Assembly: GCA_964016885.1 (NCBI GenBank)
Contig: OZ024741.1
Coordinates: forward strand, 247,008,001 to 247,072,000
DNA from: Eledone cirrhosa
Taxonomy: Eukaryota
Direction of reading: 5' to 3'
DNA length: 64,000 bases
Part shown: piece by piece, positions 39,101 through 52,300 of the stretch
Position numbering within the stretch: the stretch's first letter is position 1
Layout of the letters: each line of letters opens with the position of its first letter
The notes under the pieces: model-generated
The model's input: the letters and a program-made list of their open reading frames with translations, nothing else
The model's database searches: none
Told to the model about the DNA's origin: nothing
Made by a program: the position numbers and the translations under genes

Positions 39101-42100
39101 CCTTGGAAGGATGGAAATTATCTCCCCTTGGACGGCTGGAAATTATCTACCCCTGATTTTTTTTACAAATTATCTCCCCCTGATTTTTTTACAAATTATC
39201 TCCCCCTGATTTTTTTTACAAATTATCTCCGCCTGATTTTTTTAAATGTTATCTCTCCTTGGCTGGCGGGAAATTATCTCCCCTTGGACGGCTGGAAATT
39301 ATCTCCCCTTGGAAGGATGGAAATTATCTCCCCTTGGACGGCTGAAAATTATCTACCCCTGATTTTTTTTACAAATTATCTCCCCCTGATTTTTTTTACA
39401 AATTATCTCCCCCTGATTTTTTTTACAAATTATCTACCCCTGATTTTTTCTACAAATTATCTCCCCCTGATTTTTTTTACAAATTATCTCCCCCTGATTT
39501 TTTTTTTACAAATTATCTCCCCCTGATTTTTTTACAAATTATCTCCCCCTGATTTTTTTTTTACAAATTATCTCCCCCTGATTTTTTTACAAATTATCTC
39601 CCCTTGGCTGGCTGGAAATTTTCTCCCCTTGGAGGCTGGAACTTATCTCCCCTTGGACGGCTAGAAATTACCTCTCCTTGGACGGCTGGAAAATATGTCT
39701 CCTTGGACGGCTGGATATTATCTCCCCTTGGACGGCTGGAAATTATCTCCCCTTGGACGGCTGGAAATTATCTCCCCTTGGATGGCTAGATATTACCTCC
39801 CCTTGGACGGCTGGAAATCATCTCCCCTTGATTTTTTTTACAAATTATCTCCCCCTGATTTTTTTTTACAAATTATCTCCCCCTGATTTTTTTTTACAAA
39901 TTATCTCCCCCTGATTTTTGTTTACAAATTATCTCCGCCTGATTTTTAAAAAAAAATTATCTCCCCTTGGACGGCTGGAAATTATCTCCCCTTGGACGGC
40001 TAGAAATTACCTCCTTGGACGGCTGAAAATTATCTCCCCTTGGACGGCTGGAAATTATCTCCCCTTGATTTTTTTACAAATTATCTCCCCCTGATTTTTT
40101 TTTACAAATTATCTCCCCCTGATTTTTTTTTACAAATTATCTACCCCTGATTTTTTTTTACAAATTATCTCCCCCTGATTTTTTTTACAAATTATCTCTA
40201 ATTTTTTTTTACAAATTATCTCCCCCTGATTTTTTTACAAATTATCTCCCCCTGATTTTTTTTACAAATTATCTCCGCCTGATTTTTTTAAATATTATCT
40301 CTCCTTGGCTGGCGGGAAATTATCTCCCCTTGGACGGCTGGAAATTATCTCCCCTTGGAAGGATGGAAATTATCTCCCCTTGGACGGCTGGAAATTATCT
40401 ACCCCTGATTTTTTTTACAAATTATCTCCCCCTGATTTTTTTTACAAATTATCTCCCCCTGATTTTTTTTTACAAATTATCTACATCTGATTTTTTTACA
40501 AATTATCTCCCCTTGGCTGGCTGGAAATTATCTCCCCTTGGACGGCTAGAAATTACCTCTCCTTGGACGGCTGAAAATTATCTCCCCTTGGACGGCTGGA
40601 AATTATCTCCCCTTGATTTTTTTACAAATCATCTCCCCCTGATTTTTTTTTTACAAATTATCTCCCCCTGATTTTTTTTTACAAATTATCTACCCCTGAT
40701 TTTTTTTTACAAATTATCTCCCCTTGATTTTTTTTACAAATTATCTCCCCCTGATTTTTTTTACAAATTATCTCCCCCTGATTTTTTTTTACAAATTATC
40801 TCCCCCTGATTTTTGTTTACAAATTATCTCCGCGTGATTTTTTTAAAAAAATTATCTCCCCTTGGACGGCTGGAAATTATCTCCCCTTGGACGGCTAGAA
40901 ATTACCTCTCCTTGGACGGCTGAAAATTATCTCCCCTTGGACGGCTGGAAATTATCTCCCCTTGATTTTTTTACAAATTATCTCCCCCTGATTTTTTTTT
41001 TACAAATTGTCTCCCCCTGATTTTTTTTTACAAATTATCTACCCCTGATTTTTTTTTACAAATTATCTCCCCCTGATTTTTTTTTATGAATTATCTCCCC
41101 CTGATTTTTTTTTACAAATTATCTCCCCCTGATTTTTTTAAATGTTATCTATCCTTGGCTTGCGGGAAAGTATCTCCCCTTGGACGGCTGGAAATTATCT
41201 CCCCTTGGAAGGATGGAAATTATCTCCCCTTGGACGGCTGAAAATTATCTACCCCTGATTTTTTTTACAAATTATCTCCCCCTGATTTTTTTACAAATTA
41301 TCTCCGCCTGATTTTTTTAAATGTTATCTCTCCTTGGCTGGCGGGAAATTATCTCCCCTTGGACGGCTGGAAATTATCTCCCCTTGGAAGGATGGAAATT
41401 ATCTCCCCTTGGACGGCTGAAAATTATCTACCCCTGATTTTTTTTACAAATTATCTCCCCCTGATTTTTTTTTACAAATTATCTCCCCCTGATTTTTTTT
41501 TACAAATTATCTCCCCCTGATTTTTTTTACAATCTCCGCCTGATTTTTTAAAAAATTATCTTCCCTTGGGTGGCGGGAAATTATCTCCCCTTGGACGGCT
41601 GGAAATTATCTCCCCTTGGAAGGATGGAAATTATCTCCCCTTGCACGGCTGGAAATTATAGCCCCTTGGAGGGCTGGAAATTATCTCCCCTTGATATTTT
41701 TTACAAATTATCTCCCCCTGATTTTTTTTTCAAATTATCTCCCCCTGATTTTTTTTACAAATTATCTCCCCCCTGATTTTTTTACAAATTATCTCCCCTT
41801 GGCTGGCTGGAAATTATCTTCCCTTGGAGGCTGGAACTTATCTCCCCTTGGACGGCTAGAAATTACCTCTCCTAGGACGGCTGGAAAATATGTCTCCTTG
41901 GACGGCTGGATATTATCTCCCCTTGGACGGCTGGAAATTATCTCCCCTTGGACGGCTGGAAATTATCTCCCCTTGGATGGCTAGATATTACCTCCCCTTG
42001 GACGGCTGGAAATTATCTCCCCTTGATTTTTTTTACAAATTATCTCCCCCTGATTTTTTTTTACAAATTATCTCCCCCTGATTTTTTTTTAAAAATTATC

Positions 42101-43373
42101 TCCCCCTGATTTTTGTTTACAAATTATCTCCGCCTGATTTTTTTTTTTAAATTATCTCCCCTTGGACGGCTGGAAATTATCTCCCCTTGGACGGCTGGAA
42201 ATTATATCTCCTTGGACGGCTAGAATTTACCTCTCCTTGGACGGCTGAAAATTATCTCCCCTTGGACGGCTGGAAATTATCTCCCCTTGATTTTTTTTAC
42301 AAATTATCTCCCCCTGATTTTTTTTTACAAATTATCTCCCCCTGATTTTTTTTTACAAATTATCTCCCCCTGATTTTTTTTTACAAATTATCTCCCCCTA
42401 ATTTTTTTTTACAAATTATCTCCCCCTAATTTTTTTACAAATTATCTCCCCTTGGCTGGCTGGAAATTATCTCCCCTTGGAGGCTGGAACTTATCTCCCC
42501 TTGGACGGCTAGAAATTACGTCTCCTTGGACGGCTGGAAAATATGTCTCCTTGGACGGCTGGATATTATCTCCCCTTGGACGGCTGGAAATTATCTCCCC
42601 TTGGACGGCTGGAAATTATCTCCCCTTGGATGGCTAGATATTACCTCCCCTTGGACGGCTGGAAATTATCTCCCCTTGATTTTTTTTACAAATTATCTCC
42701 CCCTGATTTTTTTTTACAAATTATCTCCCCCTGATTTTTTTTTACAAATTATCTCCCCCTGATTTTTGTTTACAAATTATCTCCGCCTGATTTTTTTAAA
42801 AAAATTATCTCCCCTTGGACGGCTGGAAATTATCTCCCCTTGGACGGCTAGAAATTACCTCTCCTTGGACGGCTGAAAATTATCTCCCCTTGGACGGCTG
42901 GAAATTATCTCCCCTTGATTTTTTTACAAATTATCTCCCCCTGATTTATTTTTACAAATTATCTCCCCCTGATTTTTTTTTACAAATTATCTACCCCTGA
43001 TTTTTTTTTACAAATTATCTCCCCCTGATTTTTTTTACAAATTATCTCCCCTGATTTTTTTTTACAAATTATCTCCCCCTGATTTTTTTACAAATTATCT
43101 CCCCCTGATTTTTTTTACAAATTATCTCCGCCTGATTTTTTTAAATATTATCTCTCCTTGGCTGGCGGGAAATTATCTCCCCTTGGACGGCTGGAAATTA
43201 TCTCCCCTTGGAAGGATGGAAATTATCTCCCCTTGGACGGCTGGAAATTATCTACCCCTGATTTTTTTTACAAATTATCTCCCCCTGATTTTTTTACAAA
43301 TTATCTCCCCCTGATTTTTTTTACAAATGATCTCCGCCTGATTTTTTTAAATGTTATCTCTCCTTGGCTGGCG

Positions 43374-46300
43374 GGAAATTATCTCCCCTTGGACGGCTAG
43401 AAATTACCTCTCCTTGGACGGCTGAAAATTATCTCCCCTTGGACGGCTGGAAATTATCTCCCCTTGATTTTTTTACAAATTATCTCCCCCTGATTTTTTT
43501 TTTACAAATTATCTCCCCCTGATTTTTTTTTACAAATTATCTACCCCTGATTTTTTTTTACAAATTATCTCCCCCTGATTTTTTTTACGAATTATCTCCC
43601 CCTGATTTTTTTTTACAAATTATCTCCCCCTGATTTTTTTAAATGTTATCTCTCCTTGGCTGGCGGGAAATTATCTCCCCTTGGACGGCTGGAAATTATC
43701 TCCCCTTGGAAGGATGGAAATTATCTCCCCTTGGACGGCTGAAAATTATCTACCCCTGATTTTTTTTACAAATTATCTCCCCCTGATTTTTTTACAAATT
43801 ATCTCCGCCTGATTTTTTTAAATGTTATCTCTCCTTGGCTGGCGGGAAATTATCTCCCCTTGGACGGCTGGAAATTATCTCCCCTTGGAAGGATGGAAAT
43901 TATCTCCCCTTGGACGGCTGAAAATTATCTACCCCTGATTTTTTTTACAAATTATCTCCCCCTGATTTTTTTTACAAATTATCTCCCCCTGATTTTTTTT
44001 ACAAATTATCTACCCCTTATTTTTTTTACAAATTATCTCCCCCTGATTTTTTTTACAAATTATCTCCCCCTGATTTTTTTTTACAAATTATCTCCACCTG
44101 ATTTTTTTTTTACAAATTATCTCCCCCTGATTTTTTTACAAATTATCTCCCCCTGATTTTTTTTACAATCTCCGCCTGATTTTTTAAAAAATTATCTTCC
44201 CTTGGCTGGCGGGAAATTATCTCCCCTTGGACGGCTGGAAATTATCTCCCCTTGGAAGGATGGAAATTATCTCCCCTTGGACGGCTGGAAATTATCTCCC
44301 CTTGCACGGCTGGAAATTATAGCCCCTTGGAGGGCTGGAAATTATCTCCCCTTGATATTTTTTACAAATTATCTCCCCCTGATTTTTTTTTCAAATTATC
44401 TCCCCCTGATTTTTTTTACAAATTATCTCCCCCCTGATTTTTTTACAAATTATCTCCCCTTGGCTGGCTGGAAATTATCTCCCCTTGGAGGCTGGAACTT
44501 ATCTCCCCTTGGACGGCTAGAAATTACCTCTCCTTGGACGGCTGGAAAATATGTCTCCTTGGACGGCTGGATATTATCTCCCCTTGGACGGCTGGAAATT
44601 ATCTCCCCTTGGACGGCTGGAAATTATCTCCCCTTGGATGGCTAGATATTACCTCTCCTTGGACGGCTGAAAATTATCTCCCCTTGGACGGCTGGAAATT
44701 ATCTCCCCTTGATTTTTTTACAAATTATCTCCCCCTGATTTTTTTTTACAAATTATCTCCCCCTGATTTTTTTTTACAAATTATCTCCCCCTGATTTTTT
44801 TTTACAAATTATCTCCCCCTGATTTTTTTACAAATTATCTCCCCCTGATTTTTTTTACAAATTATCTCCGCCTGATTTTTTTAAATATTATCTCTCCTTG
44901 GCTGGCGGGAAATTATCTCCCCTTGGACGGCTGGAAATTATCTCCCCTTGGAAGGATGTAAATTATCTCCCCTTGGACGGCTGGAAATTATCTACCCCTG
45001 ATTTTTTTTATAAATTATCTCCCCCTGATTTTTTTACAAATTATCTCCCCCTGATTTTTTTTACAAATTATCTCCGCCTGATTTTTTTAAATGTTATCTC
45101 TCCTTGGCTGGCGGGAAATTATCTCCCCTTGGACGGCTGGAAATTATCTCCCCTTGGAAGGATGGAAATTATCTCCCCTTGGAGGGCTGAAAATTATCTA
45201 CCCCTGATTTTTTTTACAAATTATCTCCCCCTGATTTTTTTTACAAATTATCTCCCCCTGATTTTTTTTACAAATTATCTACCCCTGATTTTTTTTACAA
45301 ATTATCTCCCCCTGATTTTTTTTACAAATTATCTCCCCCTGATTTTTTTTTTACAAATTATCTCCCCCTGATTTTTTTACAAATTATCTCCCCCTGATTT
45401 TTTTTTTACAAATTATCTCCCCCTGATTTTTTTACAAATTATCTCCCCTTGGCTGGCTGGAAATTATCTCCCCTTGGAGGCAGGAACTTATCTCCCCTTG
45501 GACGGCTAGAAATTACCTCTCCTTGGACGGCTGGAAAATATGTCTCCTTGGACGGCTGGATATTATCTCCCCTTGGACGGCTAGAAATTACCTCTCGGAC
45601 GGCTGAAAATTATCTCCCCTTGGACGGCTGGAAATTATCTCCCCTTGATTTTTTTACAAATTATCTCCCCCTGATTTTTTTTTTACAAATTATCTCCCCC
45701 TGATTTTTTTTTACATATTATCTACCCCTGATTTTTTTTACAAATTATCTCCCCCTGATTTTTTTACAAATTATCTCCCCCTGATTTTTTTTTACAAATT
45801 ATCTCCCCCTGATTTTTTTACAAATTATCTCCCCCTGATTTTTTTTACAAATTATCTCCGCCTGATTTTTTTAAATATTATCTCTCCTTGGCTGGCGGGA
45901 AATTATCTCCCCTTGGACGGCTGGAAATTATCTCCCCTTGGAAGGATGGAAATTATCTCCCCTTGGACGGCTGGAAATTATCTACCCCTGATTTTTTTTA
46001 CAAATTATCTCCCCCTGATTTTTTTACAAATTATCTCCCCCTGATTTTTTTTACAAATTATCTCCGCCTGATTTTTTTAAATGTTATCTCTCCTTGGCTG
46101 GCGGGAAATTATCTCCCCTTGGACGGGTGGAAATTATCTCCCCTTGGAAGGATGGAAATTATCTCCCCTTGGACGGCTGAAAATTATCTACCCCTGATTT
46201 TTTCTACAAATTATCTCCCCCTGATTTTTTTTACAAATTATCTCCCCCTGATTTTTTTTTTACAAATTATCTCCCCCTGATTTTTTTACAAATTATCTCC

Positions 46301-49300
46301 CCCTGATTTTTTTTTTACAAATTATCTCCCCCTGATTTTTTTACAAATTATCTCCCCTTGGCTGGCTGGAAATTATCTCCCCTTGGAGGCTGGAACTTAT
46401 CTCCCCTTGGACGGCTAGAAATTACCTCTCCTTGGACGGCTGGAAAATATGTCTCCTTGGACGGCTGGATATTATCTCCCCTTGGACGGCTGGAAATTAT
46501 CTCCCCTTGGACGGCTGGAAATTATCTCCCCTTGGATGGCTAGATATTACCTCCCCTTGGACGGCTGGAAATTATCTCCCCTTGATTTTTTTTACAAATT
46601 ATCTCCCCCTGATTTTTTTTTACAAATTATCTCCCCCTGATTTTTTTTTACAAATTATCTCCCCCTGATTTTTGTTTACAAATTATCTCCGCCTGATTTT
46701 TTTAAAAAAATTATCTCCCCTTGGACGGCTGGAAATTATCTCCCCTTGGACGGCTAGAAATTACCTCCTTGGACGGCTGAAAATTATCTCCCCTTGGACG
46801 GCTGGAAATTATCTCCCCTTGATTTTTTTACAAATTATCTCCCCCTGATTTTTTTTTACAAATTATCTCCCCCTGATTTTTTTTTACAAATTATCTACCC
46901 CTGATTTTTTTTTACAAATTATCTCCCCCTGATTTTTTTTACAAATTATCTCCCCTGATTTTTTTTTACAAATTATCTCCCCCTGATTTTTTTACAAATT
47001 ATCTCCCCCTGATTTTTTTTACAAATTATCTCCGCCTGATTTTTTTAAATATTATCTCTCCTTGGCTGGCGGGAAATTATCTCCCCTTGGACGGCTGGAA
47101 ATTATCTCCCCTTGGAAGGATGGAAATTATCTCCCCTTGGACGGCTGGAAATTATCTACCCCTGATTTTTTTTACAAATTATCTCCCCCTGATTTTTTTA
47201 CAAATTATCTCGCCCTGATTTTTTTTACAAATTATCTCCGCCTGATTTTTTTAAATGTTATCTCTCCTTGGCTGGCGGGAAATTATCTCCCCTTGGACGG
47301 CTGGAAATTATCTCCCCTTGGAAGGATGGAAATTATCTCCCCTTGGACGGCTGGAAATTATCTACCCCTGATTTTTTTTACAAATTATCTCCCCCTGATT
47401 TTTTTTACAAATTATCTCCCCCTGATTTTTTTTTACAAATTATCTACCCCTGATTTTTTTACAAATTATCTCCCCTTGGCTGGCTGGAAATTATCTCCCC
47501 TTGGACGGCTAGAAATTATCTCTCCTTGGACGGCTGAAAATTATCTCCCCTTGGACGGCTGGAAATTATCTCCCCTTGATTTTTTCACAAATTATCTCCC
47601 CCTGATTTTTTTTTTACAAATTATCTCCCCCTGATTTTTTTTTACAAATTATCTACCCCTGATTTTTTTTAAAAATTATCTCCCCTTGATTTTTTTTACA
47701 AATTATCTCCCCCTGATTTTTTTTTACAAATTATCTCCCCCTGATTTTTTTTTACAAATTATCTCCCCCTGATTTTTGTTTACAAATTATCTCCGCCTGA
47801 TTTTTTTAAAAAAATTATCTCCCCTTGGACGGCTGGAAATTATCTCCCCTTGGACGGCTAGAAATTACCTCTCCTTGGACGGCTGAAAATTATCTCCCCT
47901 TGGACGGCTGGAAATTATCTCCCCTTGATTTTTTTACAAATTATCTCCCCCTGATTTTTTTTTTACAAATTATCTACCCCTGATTTTTTTTTACAAATTA
48001 TCTCCCCCTGATTTTTTTTTACAAATTATCTCCCCCTGATTTTTTTTTACAAATTATCTCCCCGATTTTTTTACAAATTATCTCCCCCTGATTTTTTTTA
48101 CAAATTATCTCCGCCTGATTTTTTTAAATATTATCTCTCCTTGGCTGGCGGGAAATTATCTCCCCTTGGACGGCTGGAAATTATCTACCCCTGATTTTTT
48201 TTACAAATTATCTCCCCCTGATTTTTTTACAAATTATCTCCGCCTGATTTTTTTAAATGTTATCTCTCCTTGGCTGGCGGGAAATTATCTCCCCTTGGAC
48301 GGCTGGAAATTATCTCCCCTTGGAAGGATGGAAATTATCTCCCCTTGGACGGCTGAAAATTATCTACCCCTGATTTTTTTTACAAATTATCTCTCCCTGA
48401 TTTTTTTTACAAATTATCTCCCCCTGATTTTTTTTACAAATTATCTACCCCTGATTTTTTTTACAAATTATCTCCCCCTGATTTTTTTTACAAATTATCT
48501 CCCCCTGATTTTTTTTTACAAATTGTCTCCCCCTGATTTTTTTTTTACAAATTATCTCCCCCTGATTTTTTTACAAATTATCTCCCCCTGATTTTTTTTA
48601 CAATCTCCGCCTGATTTTTTAAAAAATTATCTTCCCTTGGCTGGCGGGAAATTATCTCCCCTTGGACGGCTGGAAATTATCTCCCCTTGGAAGGATGGAA
48701 ATTATCTCCCCTTGGACGGCTGGAAATTATCTCCCCTTGCACGGCTGGAAATTATAGCCCCTTGGAGGGCTGGAAATTATCTCCCCTTGATATTTTTTAC
48801 AAATTATCTCCCCCTGATTTGTTTTTCAAATTATCTCCCCCTGATTGTTTTTACAAATTATCTCCCCCCTGATTTTTTTACAAATTATCTCCCCTTGGCT
48901 GGCTGGAAATTATCTCCCCTTGGAGGCTGGAACTTATCTCCCCTTGGACGGCTAGAAATTACCTCTCCTTGGACGGCTGGAAAATATGTCTCCTTGGACG
49001 GCTGGATATTATCTCCCCTTGGACGGCTGGAAATTATCTCCCCTTGGACGGCTGGAAATTATCTCCCCTTGGATGGCTAGATATTACCTCCCCTTGGACG
49101 GCTGGAAATCATCTCCCCTTGATTTTTTTTACAAATTATCTCCCCCTGATTTTTTTTTACAAATTATCTCCCCCTGATTTTTTTTTAAAAATTATCTCCC
49201 CCTGATTTTTGTTTACAAATTATCTCCGCCTGATTTTTTTTTAAAAATTATCTCCCCTTGGACGGCTGGAAATTATCTCCCCTTGGACGGCTGGAAATTA

Positions 49301-52300
49301 TATCTCCTTGGACGGCTAGAATTTACCTCTCCTTGGACGGCTGAAAATTATCTCCCCTTGGACGGCTGGAAATTATCTCCCCTTGATTTTTTTTACAAAT
49401 TATCTCCCCCTGATTTTTTTTTACAAATTATCTCCCCCTGATTTTTTTTTACAAATTATCTCCCCCTAATTTTTTTTTACAAATTATCTCCCCCTAATTT
49501 TTTTACAAATTATCTCCCCTTGGCTGGCTGGAAATTATCTCCCCTTGGAGGCTGGAACTTATCTCCCCTTGGACGGCTAGAAATTACGTCTCCTTGGACG
49601 GCTGGAAAATATGTCTCCTTGGACGGCTCGATATTATCTCCCCTTGGACGGCTGGAAATTATCTCCCCTTGGACGGCTGGAAATTATCTCCCCTTGGATG
49701 GCTAGATATTACCTCCCCTTGGACGGCTGGAAATTATCTCCCCTTGATTTTTTTTACAAATTATCTCCCCCTGATTTTTTTTTACAAATTATCTACCCCT
49801 GATTTTTTTTTACAAATTATCTCCCCCTGATTTTTGTTTACAAATTATCTCCGCCTGATTTTTTTAAAAAAATTATCTCCCCTTGGACGGCTGGAAATTA
49901 TCTCCCCTTGGACGGCTAGAAATTACCTCTCCTTGGACGGCTGAAAATTATCTCCCCTTGGACGGCTGGAAATTATCTCCCCTTGATTTTTTTACAAATT
50001 ATCTCCCCCTGATTTTTTTTTTACAAATTATCTCCCCCTGATTTTTTTTTACAAATTATCTACCCCTGATTTTTTTTTACAAATTATCTCCCCCTGATTT
50101 TTTTTACAAATTATCTCCCCTTGATTTTTTTTTACAAATTATCTCCCCCTGATTTTTTTACATATTATCTCCCCCTGATTTTTTTTACAAATTATCTCCG
50201 CCTGATTTTTTTAAATATTATCTCTCCTTGGCTGGCGGGAAATTATCTCCCCTTGGACGGCTGGAAATTATCTCCCCTTGGAAGGATGGAAATTATCTCC
50301 CCTTGGACGGCTGGAAATTATCTACCCCTGATTTTTTTTACAAATTATCTCCCCCTGATTTTTTTACAAATTATCTCCCCCTGATTTTTTTTACAAATTA
50401 TCTCCGCCTGATTTTTTTAAATGTTCTCTCTCCTTGGCTGGCGGGAAATTATCTCTCCTTGGACGGCTGGAAATTATCTCCCCTTGGAAGGATGGAAATT
50501 ATCTCCCCTTGGACGGCTGAAAATTATCTACCCCTGATTTTTTTTACAAATTATCTCCCCCTGATTTTTTTTACAAATTATCTCCCCCTGATTTTTTTTA
50601 CAAATTATCTACCCCTGATTTTTTTTACAAATTATCTCCCCCTGATTTTTTTTACAAATTATCTCCCCCTGATTTTTTTTTTACAAATTATCTCCCCCTG
50701 ATTTTTTTACAAATTATCTCCCCCTGATTTTTTTTTTACAAATTATCTCCCCTTGGCTGGCTGGAAATTATCTCCCCTTGGAGGCTGGAACTTATCTCCC
50801 CTTGGACGGCTAGAAATTACCTCTCCTTGGACGGCTGGAAAATATGTCTCCTTGGACGGCTGGATATTATCTCCCCTTGGACGGCTGGAAATTATCTCCC
50901 CTTGGACGGCTGGAAATTATCTCCCCTTGGATGGCTAGATATTACCTCCCCTTGGACGGCTGGAAATTATCTCCCCTTGATTTTTTTTACAAATTATCTC
51001 CCCCTGATTTTTTTTTACAAATTATCTCCCCCTGATTTTTTTTTACAAATTATCTCCCCCTGATTTTTGTTTACAAATTATCTCCGCCTGATTTTTTTAA
51101 AAAAATTATCTCCCCTTGGACGGCTGGAAATTATCTCCCCTTGGACGGCTAGAAATTACCTCTCCTTGGACGGCTGAAAATTATCTCCCCTTGGACGGCT
51201 GGAAATTATCTCCCCTTGATTTTTTTACAAATTATCTCCCCCTGATTTTTTTTTTACAAATTATCTCCCCCTGATTTTTTTTTACAAATTATCTACCCCT
51301 GATTTTTTTTACAAATTATCTCCCCCTGATTTTTTTTACAAATTATCTCCCCCTGATTTTTTTTTACAAATTATCTCCCCCTGATTTTTTTACAAATTAT
51401 CTCCCCCTGATTTTTTTTACAAATTATCTCCGCCTGATTTTTTTAAATATTATCTCTCCTTGGCTGGCGGGAAATTATCTCCCCTTGGACGGCTGGAAAT
51501 TATCTCCCCTTGGAAGGATGGAAATTATCTCCCCTTGGACGGCTGGAAATTATCTACCCCTGATTTTTTTTACAAATTATCTCCCCCTGATTTTTTTACA
51601 AATTATCTCCCCCTGATTTTTTTTACAAATTATCTCCGCCTGATTTTTTTAAATGTTATCTCTCCTTGGCTGGCGGGAAATTATCTCCCCTTGGACGGCT
51701 GGAAATTATCTCCCCTTGGAAGGATGGAAATTATCTCCCCTTGGACGGCTGGAAATTATCTACCCCTGATTTTTTTTACAAATTATCTCCCCCTGATTTT
51801 TTTTACAAATTATCTCCCCCTGATTTTTTTTACAAATTATCTACCCCTGATTTTTTTTACAAATTATCTCCCCCTGATTTTTTTTACAAATTATCTCCCC
51901 CTGATTTTTTTTTTACAAATTATCTCCCCCTGATTTTTTTAGAAATTATCTCCCCCTGATTTTTTTTACAAATTATCTCCGCCTGATTTTTTTAAATGTT
52001 ATCTCTCCTTGGCTGGCGGGAAATTATCTCCCCATGGACGGCTGGAAATTATCTCCCCTTGGAAGGATGGAAATTATCTCCCCTTGGACGGCTGGAAATT
52101 ATCTACCCCTGATTTTTTTTACAAATTATCTCCCCCTGATTTTTTTTACAAATTATCTACCCCTGATTTTTTTACAAATTATCTCCCCTTGGCTGGCTGG
52201 AAATTATCTCCCCTTGGACGGCTAGAAATTACCTCTCCTTGGACGGCTGAAAATTATCTCCCCTTGGACGGCTGGAAATTATCTCCCCTTGGACGGCTAG

